A stretch of DNA of 64,000 nt from an uncultured virus (IMG/VR IMGVR_UViG_3300011434_000001). Taxonomy: Duplodnaviria > Heunggongvirae > Uroviricota > Caudoviricetes. The stretch lies in the IMG/VR virus record IMGVR_UViG_3300011434_000001; one strand, written 5' to 3'. The position numbers and the translations under genes are program-made. This document shows, in pieces, positions 7,850-18,234 of this stretch. Within the stretch, counting starts at the first letter, position 1; every line of letters starts with the position of its first letter. Below the pieces are notes generated by a model. That model had not been told where the DNA came from. It saw nothing but the letters and a program-made list of their open reading frames with translations, and made no database searches.

Positions 7850-8040
7850 TGTTATATGTTTCTAATTTCTGGAGGTTCCCTATATATTCTCATATTGAAT
7901 ATTATACTATCTCTATAGAGAGGCCAAAAAATCAGAAACCCAATAGGCAAGGGCTGCGGTTAATAGCGTGATAAAAAAGAGGGGGGTATGGGGTCTGGGG
8001 TGCGCACCGGAGCAAAAATTAACATAGAATAAATCTATTT
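7850..8040. other. AT-rich divergent intergenic region, candidate origin or packaging region
   Basis: Strand switch point; TATATATTCTCATATTGAATATTATACTAT; A-tracts; GGGGGGTATGGGG. Confidence 0.45.
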
Positions 8041-8191
8041 GGGCGACACGGCGACCCGGCTATCCGCCTCTACGCCCACATGCCATTACGTCTCAAATTG
8101 GGCACTCCATGAGACACTTGCTCGCGCACGAGAAGAATTTAGAAATAATTGTGGTAATCATCTGCGCGAACCTGCACAGTTTGATGACGAT

Positions 8192-9175
8192 ATGGGCAGA
8201 CAAGCCAAAGACTCAACGCTACATGCGCTCGCGTGCAAGCTGAAGACACCCGGCATCTTCACACAATATTCCGCTCTCAATGATGAGGCCAACGACATCT
8301 GGCACGCTGGTGATTTGCGCAACCTGCAACTGATGAAGGATGGCAAGACCTTCGCTGTTAAATTATTTATAGGTGATGCTCAGCGCATCATCGGTTACTC
8401 GATCATTCTCGCGGACGCATGCCGATTCGCCGATCTGGCGCGATGGCACTTCGCCAAATATCGCATGCGTGATCGACGCGAGCCCACTGAGTCGGATTTG
8501 AACTTTCCAATCCAGCAGGTGAAGAATGATCTGGAGCACGAGCCAAAGGCGATGGCTCTCATATTGGAGATCGAAAAGTATCTCATCAGCATCGATGTGC
8601 TGTGCGCTGAAACGCCTGACTCTGCGGTGCGCATCACTGAGCGTCGCTACACAGTGCGTGATGAATTCATCGCTCGCTTCGCTGAAGTGGAGAAACATTT
8701 CTTCAATCTCGCTGAACTGATGAAGAAAGAGTTCGCTGATCTAAGGGCCGAACTCGCGCTGTTTAAACATGGCCCATTTCCGTATAAGCGCATTGACATT
8801 GTGGATGCGGAAATTGTAAAGTCCGAACGTGCAGACGAGAACACGGCAATGACGAAAGTGAATTCAGAATGGTATTCGCCTGAGGCCGGTGAAGTCACGG
8901 GCTTCGCGCTCGGTGCTGACAAAAGCTTGGAGCCATTCGAAGTGCATATCCCGCATCCACGGGACCCATCCATGATTCATCACACCGTGACGATCCAAGT
9001 GCCAGTGCGTTATGATTATGAGAATGGTCAGTCGATCCTCACGCCTGAGGCGCATAAGATGATCGACGATTTGAAACACGAGCACATCGCTGCTTTGACA
9101 CCAATTGGTGTCAATCCTGTTGAAGATATTTTCACTACCACTAACCAAAACCCTACCACCACCCAACCACAATGA
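8192..9175 (+). CDS. Hypothetical protein
   Basis: Long ORF; ATG 8192 lies just after the GCACAGTTTGAT motif. Confidence 0.7.
   Translation: MGRQAKDSTLHALACKLKTPGIFTQYSALNDEANDIWHAGDLRNLQLMKDGKTFAVKLFIGDAQRIIGYSIILADACRFADLARWHFAKYRMRDRREPTESDLNFPIQQVKNDLEHEPKAMALILEIEKYLISIDVLCAETPDSAVRITERRYTVRDEFIARFAEVEKHFFNLAELMKKEFADLRAELALFKHGPFPYKRIDIVDAEIVKSERADENTAMTKVNSEWYSPEAGEVTGFALGADKSLEPFEVHIPHPRDPSMIHHTVTIQVPVRYDYENGQSILTPEAHKMIDDLKHEHIAALTPIGVNPVEDIFTTTNQNPTTTQPQ
9095..9114. repeat. Palindrome TTGACACCAATTGGTGTCAA, copy 2 (in CDS)
   Basis: 20-bp perfect palindrome read directly. Confidence 0.95.
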
Positions 9176-9588
9176 GCCTAATCATCACACCCGGCCAGCC
9201 TGAGAAGGCACCGGAACAAAACGACACCACCGAAAACATCGGTGAGGTCCTCGACATCAACGTTGCCACGCGCATCGCTGGTGCGCTGGATAACCTGAAC
9301 CAACTCGAAGCGCAGACCATCCTGACTCCTACTGCGGAGGCCACGAAGCGCGCCTTGAAACAGTTCCTCAACAACTCTTTTCAAAAGCACGGCGGTGAAC
9401 TGCTCGGCGCTTTCTTTTCTCTCAAGGGCGAGTATGAGCCGTTGATCGGCACCCTCGCGATTCTTTTCCGTCGTGTCACTGGCACGATCAACCACATGCG
9501 CCAGCAAGAGGCAGCTAATCGCGCTGCTCAGGCGAAAGCCGTGCAGGCTGATGCGAAATCTCCCGAACCAACCGCACCCGCGAACTAA
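9172..9588 (+). CDS. Hypothetical protein
   Basis: ATGA overlap with the upstream gene. Confidence 0.7.
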   Translation: MSLIITPGQPEKAPEQNDTTENIGEVLDINVATRIAGALDNLNQLEAQTILTPTAEATKRALKQFLNNSFQKHGGELLGAFFSLKGEYEPLIGTLAILFRRVTGTINHMRQQEAANRAAQAKAVQADAKSPEPTAPAN

Positions 9589-9656
9589 ATAATTGGCGCG
9601 CATACACCATGCGCCGTCTCATCCGTGTGGTGATGCGCGCCGATTTTAAAAAGAAT

Positions 9657-9950
9657 ATGACACCAACACTCAATCGAATCCTTGTCACACCACCTGCCAC
9701 TGAGGAAGTGGATCAGAAAAGTTCTGGTGGTCTTTTCATCCCGCAGCAGGCCCGCGAAGCGAGCAGGTTCGTTCAAGGTCGCGTGCTCGCTGTCGGCCCG
9801 GACGTGAAGCAGATCAACGTGGGTGATGAAGTCCTCTACTCGCGTGAGCAGGGCAACGACATCTCCAGCGGTGCGTCAGTCGTCGCGGTGTTGATCGAAG
9901 ACAAGCACATCGCTGTCGTGGTTACAGGAGCAGGGGCGTCTCGTCAATAA
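9657..9950 (+). CDS. groES: Co-chaperonin GroES (Cpn10)
   Basis: PTLNRILV...SSGGLFIP...GRVLAVGPDVKQINVGDEVLY. Confidence 0.9.
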   Translation: MTPTLNRILVTPPATEEVDQKSSGGLFIPQQAREASRFVQGRVLAVGPDVKQINVGDEVLYSREQGNDISSGASVVAVLIEDKHIAVVVTGAGASRQ

Positions 9951-10052
9951 GGCGCTCATCTCGCGCGATGCACTTCAGTTGTTCAAGAGCGATCTGGAAG
10001 ATTTGCGCGCTCGCATGATTGCGGCGGGTGAACCTGTGCCCGGAGAAAACTG

Positions 10053-10268
10053 ATGAAAGTGGTGGTGAATGATCACGGCGGTTGTTTCGAGATCAGTCTC
10101 GAAGCAGAGACGATGTCGGAAGTCGCTTCCTTGGTCCGCATGGGCATGAACCACACTCGTGACTTGCGCTGGACTGGTGCAAACGTATTCAAGGGTGGGA
10201 AAACCTTTTTCGGCATCATATTGGGGGAGAGCAAACGCTCTGATTCAATCGTGCCGCGTCGCAAATGA
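10053..10268 (+). CDS. Hypothetical protein
   Basis: 71-aa ORF in the plus-strand gene run. Confidence 0.55.
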   Translation: MKVVVNDHGGCFEISLEAETMSEVASLVRMGMNHTRDLRWTGANVFKGGKTFFGIILGESKRSDSIVPRRK

Positions 10269-10486
10269 TTTGGGGCATCACAATCACTATCGTGGCAGTA
10301 TGGCTGCTCGTCGTCGTGGCGCTACATTTCGCTGGCCCACCAAACATATGAAATGTCTGAAAGAATTGTTCATCGTCCTCATGGGCCTCTCGCTCGTGAT
10401 TCTCACGTTGTGCGCCCTGCTCATTGCGATATTCGCAACCATCCGTTTTATCAACAACGCATGAACGCCTGTAAACGACCGCCCGA

Positions 10487-10912
10487 ATGATTATGACACC
10501 AAAAGATGAAATGCCGCGCACTGCGGTCCAGCAATTGGAGGAACAGACGCGACGCAACGAATCAGAGCGGTTGCGTGCTGACTTGGAAGCGCGCGTGAAG
10601 ATCGATCAAGAACGACTGAAGCCCGGCCCGGGTCTGATCGTGAGTGAGGAAGACGCGAAGGCGATGGGCATGCTGATCAACTCTGCGCCGCCACCTGCCT
10701 CGACTACCACACGAGTATGGGTGCGCTCTGGCCCGCCGTATGATGAAGTGGGCCGATTGAAGTGGACACTCAAGTCACAGCTTGAACAACTGCGCGCGCT
10801 GAAGGGCCACTTCATAAACGAAGACGCCCGGCACATTGCGCTGGCTATCACTCATCTGGAGGATTCGCTTTTCCGTTTGAACTCCATCGTGGTTGTCGAG
10901 CACGGCTGCTGA
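10487..10912 (+). CDS. Hypothetical protein with C-terminal Acb2/Tad1-like helical motif
   Basis: ARHIALAITHLEDSLFRLN. Confidence 0.5.
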   Translation: MIMTPKDEMPRTAVQQLEEQTRRNESERLRADLEARVKIDQERLKPGPGLIVSEEDAKAMGMLINSAPPPASTTTRVWVRSGPPYDEVGRLKWTLKSQLEQLRALKGHFINEDARHIALAITHLEDSLFRLNSIVVVEHGC

Positions 10913-10949
10913 CGAGGGCCTCGTGCAAAGTTTGCCGTGAGCAAATAAT

Positions 10950-11180
10950 ATGAACATAAACATCACGATGACCGAAGCTGAGTTCGATGAGTATCGAGTT
11001 TGGCGCGAGCACAAAAAGAAAACGGACTTTACGCGGCTGCGTCAAGGCATCGGTGATGCGGTGAAGAACTTCGTCACGAGAGTTGAATTTTCGCACATAC
11101 ATCCGTTATCGCTGGGGAATGACATTCGAGAATTTCGGCGCGAGGTGGATGCCGCTCTGGAAGACTTTAAAAAGCAATGA
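10950..11180 (+). CDS. Hypothetical protein
   Basis: 76-aa ORF coupled to the NUDIX gene. Confidence 0.6.
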   Translation: MNINITMTEAEFDEYRVWREHKKKTDFTRLRQGIGDAVKNFVTRVEFSHIHPLSLGNDIREFRREVDAALEDFKKQ

Positions 11181-11647
11181 CGCAACAGCATAAGGAATAC
11201 GTCCTCGGCTTCTGCTTCGCGCCTCGCACTGAACTGCGCGGCACTGATCCAGACCCAATGGCCAACCACAAGGTCGTGCTGATACGGAAAAACAAACCGG
11301 ACTGGCAGCGGGGCTTGCTCAATGGCGTGGGCGGGAAGATTGAGCCCGGCGAATCTCCAGATGAGGCGATGGCCCGCGAGTGGAAAGAAGAAACGGGCAC
11401 CATTGTCGATGACTGGGAGCCCTTCGTGGTCATGCGCTTCCCCGGTGCAACCATTTTCGTTTTCAAGAGGATGGCCCACGCGCTGCCCGATGTGTTCACC
11501 GCGACGGACGAGCCGGTCTCTGTTTGGGTTGTGCGCGATGTGATGCGGCACTCAGGAAAAATTCCGAATCTCAATTGGCTGATACCGATGGCGCTGTTCG
11601 ATGCGCCGCAGGATATGGCCAAAGCCCCGAACATTTTTTATTTATAA
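11177..11647 (+). CDS. NUDIX hydrolase
   Basis: Nudix box GGKIEPGESPDEAMAREWKEETG. Confidence 0.93.
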   Translation: MTQQHKEYVLGFCFAPRTELRGTDPDPMANHKVVLIRKNKPDWQRGLLNGVGGKIEPGESPDEAMAREWKEETGTIVDDWEPFVVMRFPGATIFVFKRMAHALPDVFTATDEPVSVWVVRDVMRHSGKIPNLNWLIPMALFDAPQDMAKAPNIFYL

Positions 11648-11653
11648 AGTGAA

Positions 11654-11890
11654 ATGATCGACGAGATCGTCATAAAGTTTTCGGAAGGCAGAGGCAAACA
11701 TTTTATGAGTAGTGATAAAGTAAATACACACAAAGTCGAAGGCCACCCCGGTGCAATGGTGTGGGAACTGAAAGAGGAACCGGGTATTTTCTACCTGACG
11801 AATTCGCGCGGTTCTAACAGACACACGCACCAGCTTGAGGCATCGAAGCTGGTGCACGCCCTGAAAGAGGCGAAGGACTGCCTGTCATGA
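11654..11890 (+). CDS. Hypothetical protein
   Basis: 78-aa ORF in the gene run. Confidence 0.55.
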   Translation: MIDEIVIKFSEGRGKHFMSSDKVNTHKVEGHPGAMVWELKEEPGIFYLTNSRGSNRHTHQLEASKLVHALKEAKDCLS

Positions 11891-12652
11891 CGTTCTGGCA
11901 GTGGCTCTGCGGGAAACTTGGCGGTCATCGATGGGGCGATGAGTGGTATGACCGTGGTTGGGATTGCAGGCGATGCGAGTGCTGCAAGCTAATCATGTAT
12001 CGCCGAAACAAAGAAGATTACGAAAGGTGCTGGAACAAATGATCTTCACCACGTGGAATTTTGGCCCCGAGCATCAAGCGCCTTGGACGTGGACACGCGG
12101 GCTACAAAAATCCCCGGGCGAATTAGGCCGTGAGGCCGCAAGACAATATGCTGCTGACATTTTTAACTGGTGCTCTGCCAAGCGAGACTATCCATGGAGT
12201 GATCACCCGCTACCTGCAATCCCGTGGCCCCTTCACTGGTGTGCAGCGGCGGAGATTCTACACAATTGCACCCGCGAATTCAACAGGTCAAATCCCGATG
12301 CGGTCATCTCAAGTCCTACTTTTTAACTTCATGTATGGCCGCATCTTCGAGACACCACTCAACGATGTTGCTTTGCGCAAGCGCCCACAGTTCACCGTGG
12401 ACAAAGCGGTGCAAGCATGGCGAAACGGCGAGAGGGCGACAAACCCGCACAGCGATAAGTATCGGAAGGTGGGCGACTCGTGGTGCAACCCGCCAGAGCG
12501 GGGCTGCATGGCTTTCGTGAACGCGCAATGAAAACACTTATCCCGCAACTGTGGTTTCTCGTTGGTAGCATCTGCTTACTGATCGGGACCATCCTCAACA
12601 TCATCAACACCATCCGAAAATAATATGGCAAAACGCAGGCACCCACGCGGCA

Positions 12653-13306
12653 TTGGCCTTGTTGGCACTGGAGCAGGCAAGGGCGACAAAGAACGCAGCA
12701 CCGACTGGAGGAAAAATTATGATGACATTGATTGGCCAACTGGCGGACGCGGCGAAAAGAAGTTTCATAAAGTTTATGGCCCGACCCCGCAAGTCACGAA
12801 GCACGACGAAGCGCCGAAAGCAATCGTCCATTGAGGTCGAGATATGGCAGCAACGCTGCTATGAACTAGCTCGTGAGAATGAGCGATTGAAGATCGAAGC
12901 GCAGGACGCGCGCCAGCAACTCTGTCAGCTTCGCATAGATGGCGGGGCTTACGGGGAGGGGGTCCACAAGCGCATTGGATATATGATCGGCACTTTCATC
13001 CCCGAAGGCGCGCTGGAGAAACTCAGGAAGCATCCTGAGCGCGTCGCAGAGTTTAAACAGCACGTGCTCGAAGCGATGGTGAACAGCGCCATAAATAAAA
13101 TGCTGCACGTGAACGACAATGGCAAGCAGGTCGCTATGATATTTCTTCCGCACGGTGCGGGCGATAAGACAAAGCGCGCCAACATTCCCGTGTTCGAAAC
13201 CTCCAAAGGTTTTCAGATGATCGTGCCCGAGAAATTGCAGCACGAGATCGATAAAATGCTGGAGTATCAGGCGCAGGAGGAACGCCGTAAATTATTACAG
13301 TATTGA
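12653..13306 (+). CDS. Hypothetical protein, true start probably near 12776
   Basis: Coiled-coil-like ORF; its 5' part overlaps another plausible small ORF at 12625-12834. Confidence 0.55.
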   Translation: MALLALEQARATKNAAPTGGKIMMTLIGQLADAAKRSFIKFMARPRKSRSTTKRRKQSSIEVEIWQQRCYELARENERLKIEAQDARQQLCQLRIDGGAYGEGVHKRIGYMIGTFIPEGALEKLRKHPERVAEFKQHVLEAMVNSAINKMLHVNDNGKQVAMIFLPHGAGDKTKRANIPVFETSKGFQMIVPEKLQHEIDKMLEYQAQEERRKLLQY

Positions 13307-13328
13307 CCGATCTGTTATACTCCCGACA

Positions 13329-13625
13329 ATGATACGTTATATACCGGGCTGGACCTATGTTAATAAGCGAGGTGGGCGCGCCACTCTTATTAGTGTGGAC
13401 AACGACCGCGTGAAGTATCGCCAGCATCCGAGCAACCACCGCAGTCCGATATCGATCCTTGAGACCAGCCTGAAGAACTTTCAACGCTGGACCGATGAGG
13501 CGCGCACTTTTCGGTTGCACTTGAAGGTCGCGCAACGCGTGGTGACGGGGTGCTTTACTTTCAAGCGCAATTCCGGCTACGCCGTTCAGCTTGTGGCAAA
13601 TCAACCCCTCGCCAAAGCAGCATGA
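13329..13625 (+). CDS. Hypothetical protein
   Basis: 98-aa ORF after TGTTATACT, coupled to the sulfotransferase. Confidence 0.6.
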   Translation: MIRYIPGWTYVNKRGGRATLISVDNDRVKYRQHPSNHRSPISILETSLKNFQRWTDEARTFRLHLKVAQRVVTGCFTFKRNSGYAVQLVANQPLAKAA

Positions 13626-14353
13626 ACGAGATTTTTATTTTCGCGCAGACGCGCAGCGGTAGCACTTTGTTGCAACGTGCGATTAATCAGAACCCCGGCG
13701 TGCTGATCTATGGCGAGCATGGCGGTATGCTATCCGGCTATGCGCGCGCCTACTATGGGTCTGACCTCCAGTGCCTCGCAAAGCACTCTCGCTTCGAGCC
13801 GGAAAAGCTGCGGGACCTGAACGGCTTCGTGCCCTGTCAGAGTTGCATCACCGTGGGCAATCTGCGCGGGAACATGCGCGACTTTGTAGAGGCGACGTTC
13901 AATCCTTCCCATTCAAGACGCTGGGGCTTCAAGGAAGTAAGATATGGCCGGGGCCAAGTCGCGTTCGATCATCCCGTGGTGGACTTATTGATTGAACTTT
14001 TTCCATCATGCAAGTTCGTGCTGCTGATCCGGGACCCACGGGAGCAAATCGCATCACAGATCGGCATGGGCTGGTCTCCTGCCAATGCGGCTTTCTATGA
14101 TTGGCATAAGCAATTCGAATTCTATTCTAGACTGCGGCAGGAACATCAGGACCGTTGCCGATTCTATCACTATGAGCAACTGCGGGACGTGTCCCGGATG
14201 TTCGCATGGTTGGAACTAGACTGCCCGCAGAAAAATCTTTTCGAGTTGCCGGTGACTGGTGCGACTCCAAGCAAGTCACCAATCACGGAAGTGCTCGCGA
14301 AGAACATCGAAGAAGTATTAATGCCCACATTTCAAAATCAACAGTATGATTGA
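13622..14353 (+). CDS. Sulfotransferase family protein
   Basis: PAPS-binding motifs TRSGSTLL and LLIRDPREQIAS; WGFKE. Confidence 0.88.
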   Translation: MNEIFIFAQTRSGSTLLQRAINQNPGVLIYGEHGGMLSGYARAYYGSDLQCLAKHSRFEPEKLRDLNGFVPCQSCITVGNLRGNMRDFVEATFNPSHSRRWGFKEVRYGRGQVAFDHPVVDLLIELFPSCKFVLLIRDPREQIASQIGMGWSPANAAFYDWHKQFEFYSRLRQEHQDRCRFYHYEQLRDVSRMFAWLELDCPQKNLFELPVTGATPSKSPITEVLAKNIEEVLMPTFQNQQYD

Positions 14354-14726
14354 TCCTGCGCCAGTTAATTCGATGCCGCCGCCCGAGCCCTTACGCCCAC
14401 TCATGGGCTGGCTGACTATTCCCTCGATTAAAATTCTCGGGAAGGACAGGTATCCAGTCTTCCGGAGAGCGCAGAAGGCGTTCAACGCGGAAATTGATAT
14501 CATCATAGGCTGGTCTCAGTTGCAAAGAACGGTTGAAAGACTAACGCCACTCGCAGGGCTTGTCATCTATCACGATCCCAATAAACAGATCGCGCGGCCC
14601 TTTGCGCAGGTGATCGATTTTTTCTTTGGCCGCGACAAGCAAGAGGCATTGGTTTACATATGGCAGCCATTCGAGGAAAATTTTCGGCTGGTGGACCGCG
14701 ATTGGTTACTAAGGAGGCGCGTATGA
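14346..14726 (+). CDS. Hypothetical protein
   Basis: 126-aa coupled ORF. Confidence 0.6.
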   Translation: MIDPAPVNSMPPPEPLRPLMGWLTIPSIKILGKDRYPVFRRAQKAFNAEIDIIIGWSQLQRTVERLTPLAGLVIYHDPNKQIARPFAQVIDFFFGRDKQEALVYIWQPFEENFRLVDRDWLLRRRV

Positions 14727-15113
14727 GAAACAGAACGTTGCGTAAGTTAAAGCCGGTGGACCTCGGCAACCCCGCTGAGTATAACGCATACCTTGCGGGG
14801 GTCCAAGCTGCCGCCGAGTTCGCCGGGCAGTATAATTCACTTACACATCACCCGGCGCGCTTGGATGATTGCATCCTCGCCAAGTTCAATCAGATCAAGG
14901 GCCGTCCACGCCGCAACAGAAAGATGAAGTGGTGAGACCTTCGAAGACACAACGTAAACGAATCGAGCGCAGCATCCGCCGAACGTGGGGCACGCTCAAG
15001 CCGGTCACGCGCGTGAAGCAGTCGAAGAAGCTTTACCGCCGACCCAGTCCACGCTGGGATTGGCTGCTTCCAGACTAGGGGAATCCCCTATCCCACGAAC
15101 TGTAAGAACCGTA

Positions 15114-15142
15114 TTGACGCTGTTTAAACGCCATGCTATAAC
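15114..15142 (+). promoter_or_regulatory. Sigma70 promoter with GTTTAAAC in the spacer
   Basis: TTGACG-CT-GTTTAAAC-GCCATGC-TATAAC, ATG at 15149. Confidence 0.8.
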
Positions 15143-15148
15143 TAGAGC

Positions 15149-15484
15149 ATGACATATTTCAAAGCGCAGACAATCATCGGTAACCGCGACAGCAAAAAGA
15201 TCGGCAACAATACCTATCTGATCCGCCGCCCGGAAGGCTTCGCGATTCGCTTACACGACACGGACATCCTGCTGTTCCGCCCCGACCACTCCGTGGTGGT
15301 CCGCACCAATGGCTGGACGACTGTCACCACCAAGGCGCGTATCAACGAGCACCTCCCACTGCGCGGTATCTTCCAGAAGGCGGGCGCGTGGTTCTGGTCC
15401 CCTCGCGGCAACGAGACCAAGCCCATCGAATTCCGCGAGTGCGACATCCTCACCGTGGATGGTGGGATCGTGCGCGGTCAATAA
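15149..15484 (+). CDS. Hypothetical phage protein
   Basis: 111-aa ORF right after the promoter, probably leaderless. Confidence 0.75.
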   Translation: MTYFKAQTIIGNRDSKKIGNNTYLIRRPEGFAIRLHDTDILLFRPDHSVVVRTNGWTTVTTKARINEHLPLRGIFQKAGAWFWSPRGNETKPIEFRECDILTVDGGIVRGQ

Positions 15485-15895
15485 TTTTATGAAATACCGA
15501 GGTTTTAAGATCACGAAAACGGGTGATGTATATCGCGTCACCACCCCGAGTGGGGAAAAGTGGGCGGAGGTGGCGATAAATCGCGCCACCGCCAAGCGGT
15601 GGGTTGATGTCTACATCAACGAGGTGCGAAGCATCGAACGAAGGAAAACAAAATAAATGTATATCATCAGTTACGACGACATCCAAAGGGGTGACGAAGT
15701 GACTGTTTTGGTGCAGTGCGGGCCGCAACAGTCTAGGGTCACCGGGACAGCAATAGGTGACAACGGAATGTGGATTACTTTGAAGTGTGCAGATGGAAGA
15801 AAGGTGCCTTGCGACAAGGTCAATTTTATGTGGGCACGTAGATACCCTAGGAACGGTAAGGGAATCCCCTATGACCCGATCAGTGGAAATCCCAT

Positions 15896-15924
15896 TTGAC
15901 ATCGTTTAAACATTCTGCTATTAT
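15896..15924 (+). promoter_or_regulatory. Sigma70 promoter with GTTTAAAC in the spacer
   Basis: TTGACA-TC-GTTTAAAC-ATTCTGC-TATTAT. Confidence 0.8.
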
Positions 15925-16087
15925 ATGGGTGACACCCGGGTGTCTATCCGCGTGTATGCAATCAACGGCTGCGTTTATCACGGCACCTACTACAAGTCAG
16001 CCGGGAACTATGCCCGGGTGAAAATTTCTGCAAAAAGTTTGCGTCGGGCTCTTGACAAACGCGCTCGATTCTGATATAAATATCGCC

Positions 16088-17770
16088 ATGAATGACATTG
16101 CTCTCGCCCCTACTCCAGCCGGACTCGTGGAGATTCACGGCAATACGTATCCCGTGAAAGACAAACTTAAGGCGCTCGGCGCGCGCTGGAATTCGGCCTA
16201 CCGTTGTTGGATGATTGCCGCCGACTTAGCCGAGAAGGCGGCTGAAATCGTGGGCGGCACCGCACTCGTTGGCAAGGCTGGCCCTACATACGCCGGGCAA
16301 GTTACTTCCCCGGAGCCCGAGCGCGTTTGGTCCGACGAGCAGAAGGCCATCTTTGCGTGGTTCGCCACCGGCACCGGCAATCTCGTTGTGCAAGCGCGCG
16401 CTGGCACTGGCAAGACCACCACCATCAAACAGGCTTTTTCGTGTGCGCCAGAAGCGAAAATTCTCTATGCGGTCTTCAACAAGAAAAATCAGAAGGAAGC
16501 TTTGGAGAAAATCGTGGACTCGCGTGTTGAGGTGAAGACCCTTCACTCTCTCGGCTTTGCTTACATCAAGAACATGTGGCGTGATGCCCGGCCCGATGAC
16601 GGCGTGGAATATGACCGCGTGGATCAAGTGGTGCCCCGCATCGACGACGACACGCGCAACGTGATTGTCAAGCTTGTGGGCTTCTGCAAGAACCTGACGG
16701 TGGGCATCCCCAGCCTGAACGAGGTGTTGGACATTATTGACGCGCGCGACATCTACGCCGCTGACGCGACGCAATTTTCCTCCGCCACACTGGCGAAGAT
16801 CGCGATTGACGTATTGCACGCTTCCTTAATTCGCGACGACCGTGGCCGCATTAGCTTCAACGACATGGTTTGGTTGCCGGTGGCGGCTGATTGGGTTCGC
16901 CCTTGGTTTGATTTAGTGACCGTGGACGAAGCGCAGGACATGAACATGCCCCAGCTTCTCATGGCCGAACGCGCGTGCAAGTCCAATGGACGCATCTGCG
17001 TGGTGGGCGATGACCGCCAAGCCATCTATGGTTTTCGCGGTGCAGCGTCGGATGGAATGCACATGATGCGGCAGCGTTTAAACGCCACGCAGCTTGGATT
17101 GACCACGACTTACCGCTGCCCCCGTCTGGTGGTTGAGATTGCGCAGACCATCGTCTCGGACTACACCGCCGCCCCGAGTGCTCCCGAGGGTGAAGTGATT
17201 TATACGACCGTGGAGAAGATCATTGAATCTCTCCAAGTGGGTGACGCAGTTGTTTCAAGATTGAATGCCCCACTGATGGGCATTGCGCTGAAGCTTCTGC
17301 GCAACAACATTCCCGCGCGCATCGAAGGACGCGACATCGGCAAGCAGATCATCGCGCAGGTCCGTAAATTTAAGGCCAAATCAGTGCCGGACTTCCTGAA
17401 GAAAGTTTCCGCGTGGGCTGAGAAGCAAACCAAGCGCATCGAATCGAGCGGTGGACGGCACGTGCAATCGAAAGTCGAACTGGTGATGGATCAGGCGCTT
17501 ACTCTCACGACCGTGGCGCAGGACTGCACCAGCGTGGAGAATATCGAGCAGCGCATCACGAATCTTTTTGAAGACAGCGACAACTGCCGCCGCGAAGCGG
17601 TTGTCTGTTCCTCGGTGCATAAGGCGAAGGGCCTTGAATGGAATCGCGTGTGCATCATCGAAGATACTTTCAAGAACAAAGACAAGTCCAACGAAGAAGC
17701 GAACATTTTTTACGTCGCGGTCACCCGGGCCAAAAAAGTTTTGGTCCGGGCCGCGCAACCGAAAGAGTAA
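16088..17770 (+). CDS. UvrD/Rep-like SF1 helicase with small N-terminal domain
   Basis: ARAGTGKTT, VDEAQD, VGDDRQAIYGFRGA, TYRCP, HKAKGLEW, YVAVTRAK; promoter TTGACA-N17-TATAAA at 16052-16080. Confidence 0.95.
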   Translation: MNDIALAPTPAGLVEIHGNTYPVKDKLKALGARWNSAYRCWMIAADLAEKAAEIVGGTALVGKAGPTYAGQVTSPEPERVWSDEQKAIFAWFATGTGNLVVQARAGTGKTTTIKQAFSCAPEAKILYAVFNKKNQKEALEKIVDSRVEVKTLHSLGFAYIKNMWRDARPDDGVEYDRVDQVVPRIDDDTRNVIVKLVGFCKNLTVGIPSLNEVLDIIDARDIYAADATQFSSATLAKIAIDVLHASLIRDDRGRISFNDMVWLPVAADWVRPWFDLVTVDEAQDMNMPQLLMAERACKSNGRICVVGDDRQAIYGFRGAASDGMHMMRQRLNATQLGLTTTYRCPRLVVEIAQTIVSDYTAAPSAPEGEVIYTTVEKIIESLQVGDAVVSRLNAPLMGIALKLLRNNIPARIEGRDIGKQIIAQVRKFKAKSVPDFLKKVSAWAEKQTKRIESSGGRHVQSKVELVMDQALTLTTVAQDCTSVENIEQRITNLFEDSDNCRREAVVCSSVHKAKGLEWNRVCIIEDTFKNKDKSNEEANIFYVAVTRAKKVLVRAAQPKE

Positions 17771-18021
17771 ATATGAACAAGCGAAAGATGGACATCATCG
17801 TGGTGATTGAGCGGACAAAGAAAAAGCACGCTCATATGAACCGTATCATTTTTGGAACTGAAGATCAGAACGCGATTGAGAATGTGATGGCCAACCTCGG
17901 TTACGGATGTGGCCAGTATTGGCTGTCATTTATCCCGAAACGTCATCGTGGTTGGAAGTATCGGCTGAACTTAACACATCACTAAGAATATGAACTTGAC
18001 ACGTCTGCTATACTACCCAAT

Positions 18022-18228
18022 ATGGAACTAAAACAAATTGCACTGAAACTGATCGTCCTGAAAGGGGAGATTGAAGACTTGAACAATGCGTTGCGCAAAC
18101 ACCGGCATCTGGAAACCGTTCCAGCGAGGCGCGCTCTCGTCGGCGCTGCCGCAGATGCGACCGGCGATGCGACCGCTGCACTTCACTCCGCGCTGTTCTC
18201 GCTCGACATACTGGAGGACACGAAATAA
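18022..18228 (+). CDS. Hypothetical protein
   Basis: ORF after TGCTATACT. Confidence 0.6.
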   Translation: MELKQIALKLIVLKGEIEDLNNALRKHRHLETVPARRALVGAAADATGDATAALHSALFSLDILEDTK

Positions 18229-18234
18229 TAATCT

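Noticed and set aside
8039..8191. ORF-track N-terminal extension of the 378-aa ORF (likewise 16052, 13550 and 34487 starts)
   Set aside because: Promoter motifs or upstream genes occupy these extensions; downstream ATGs fit better
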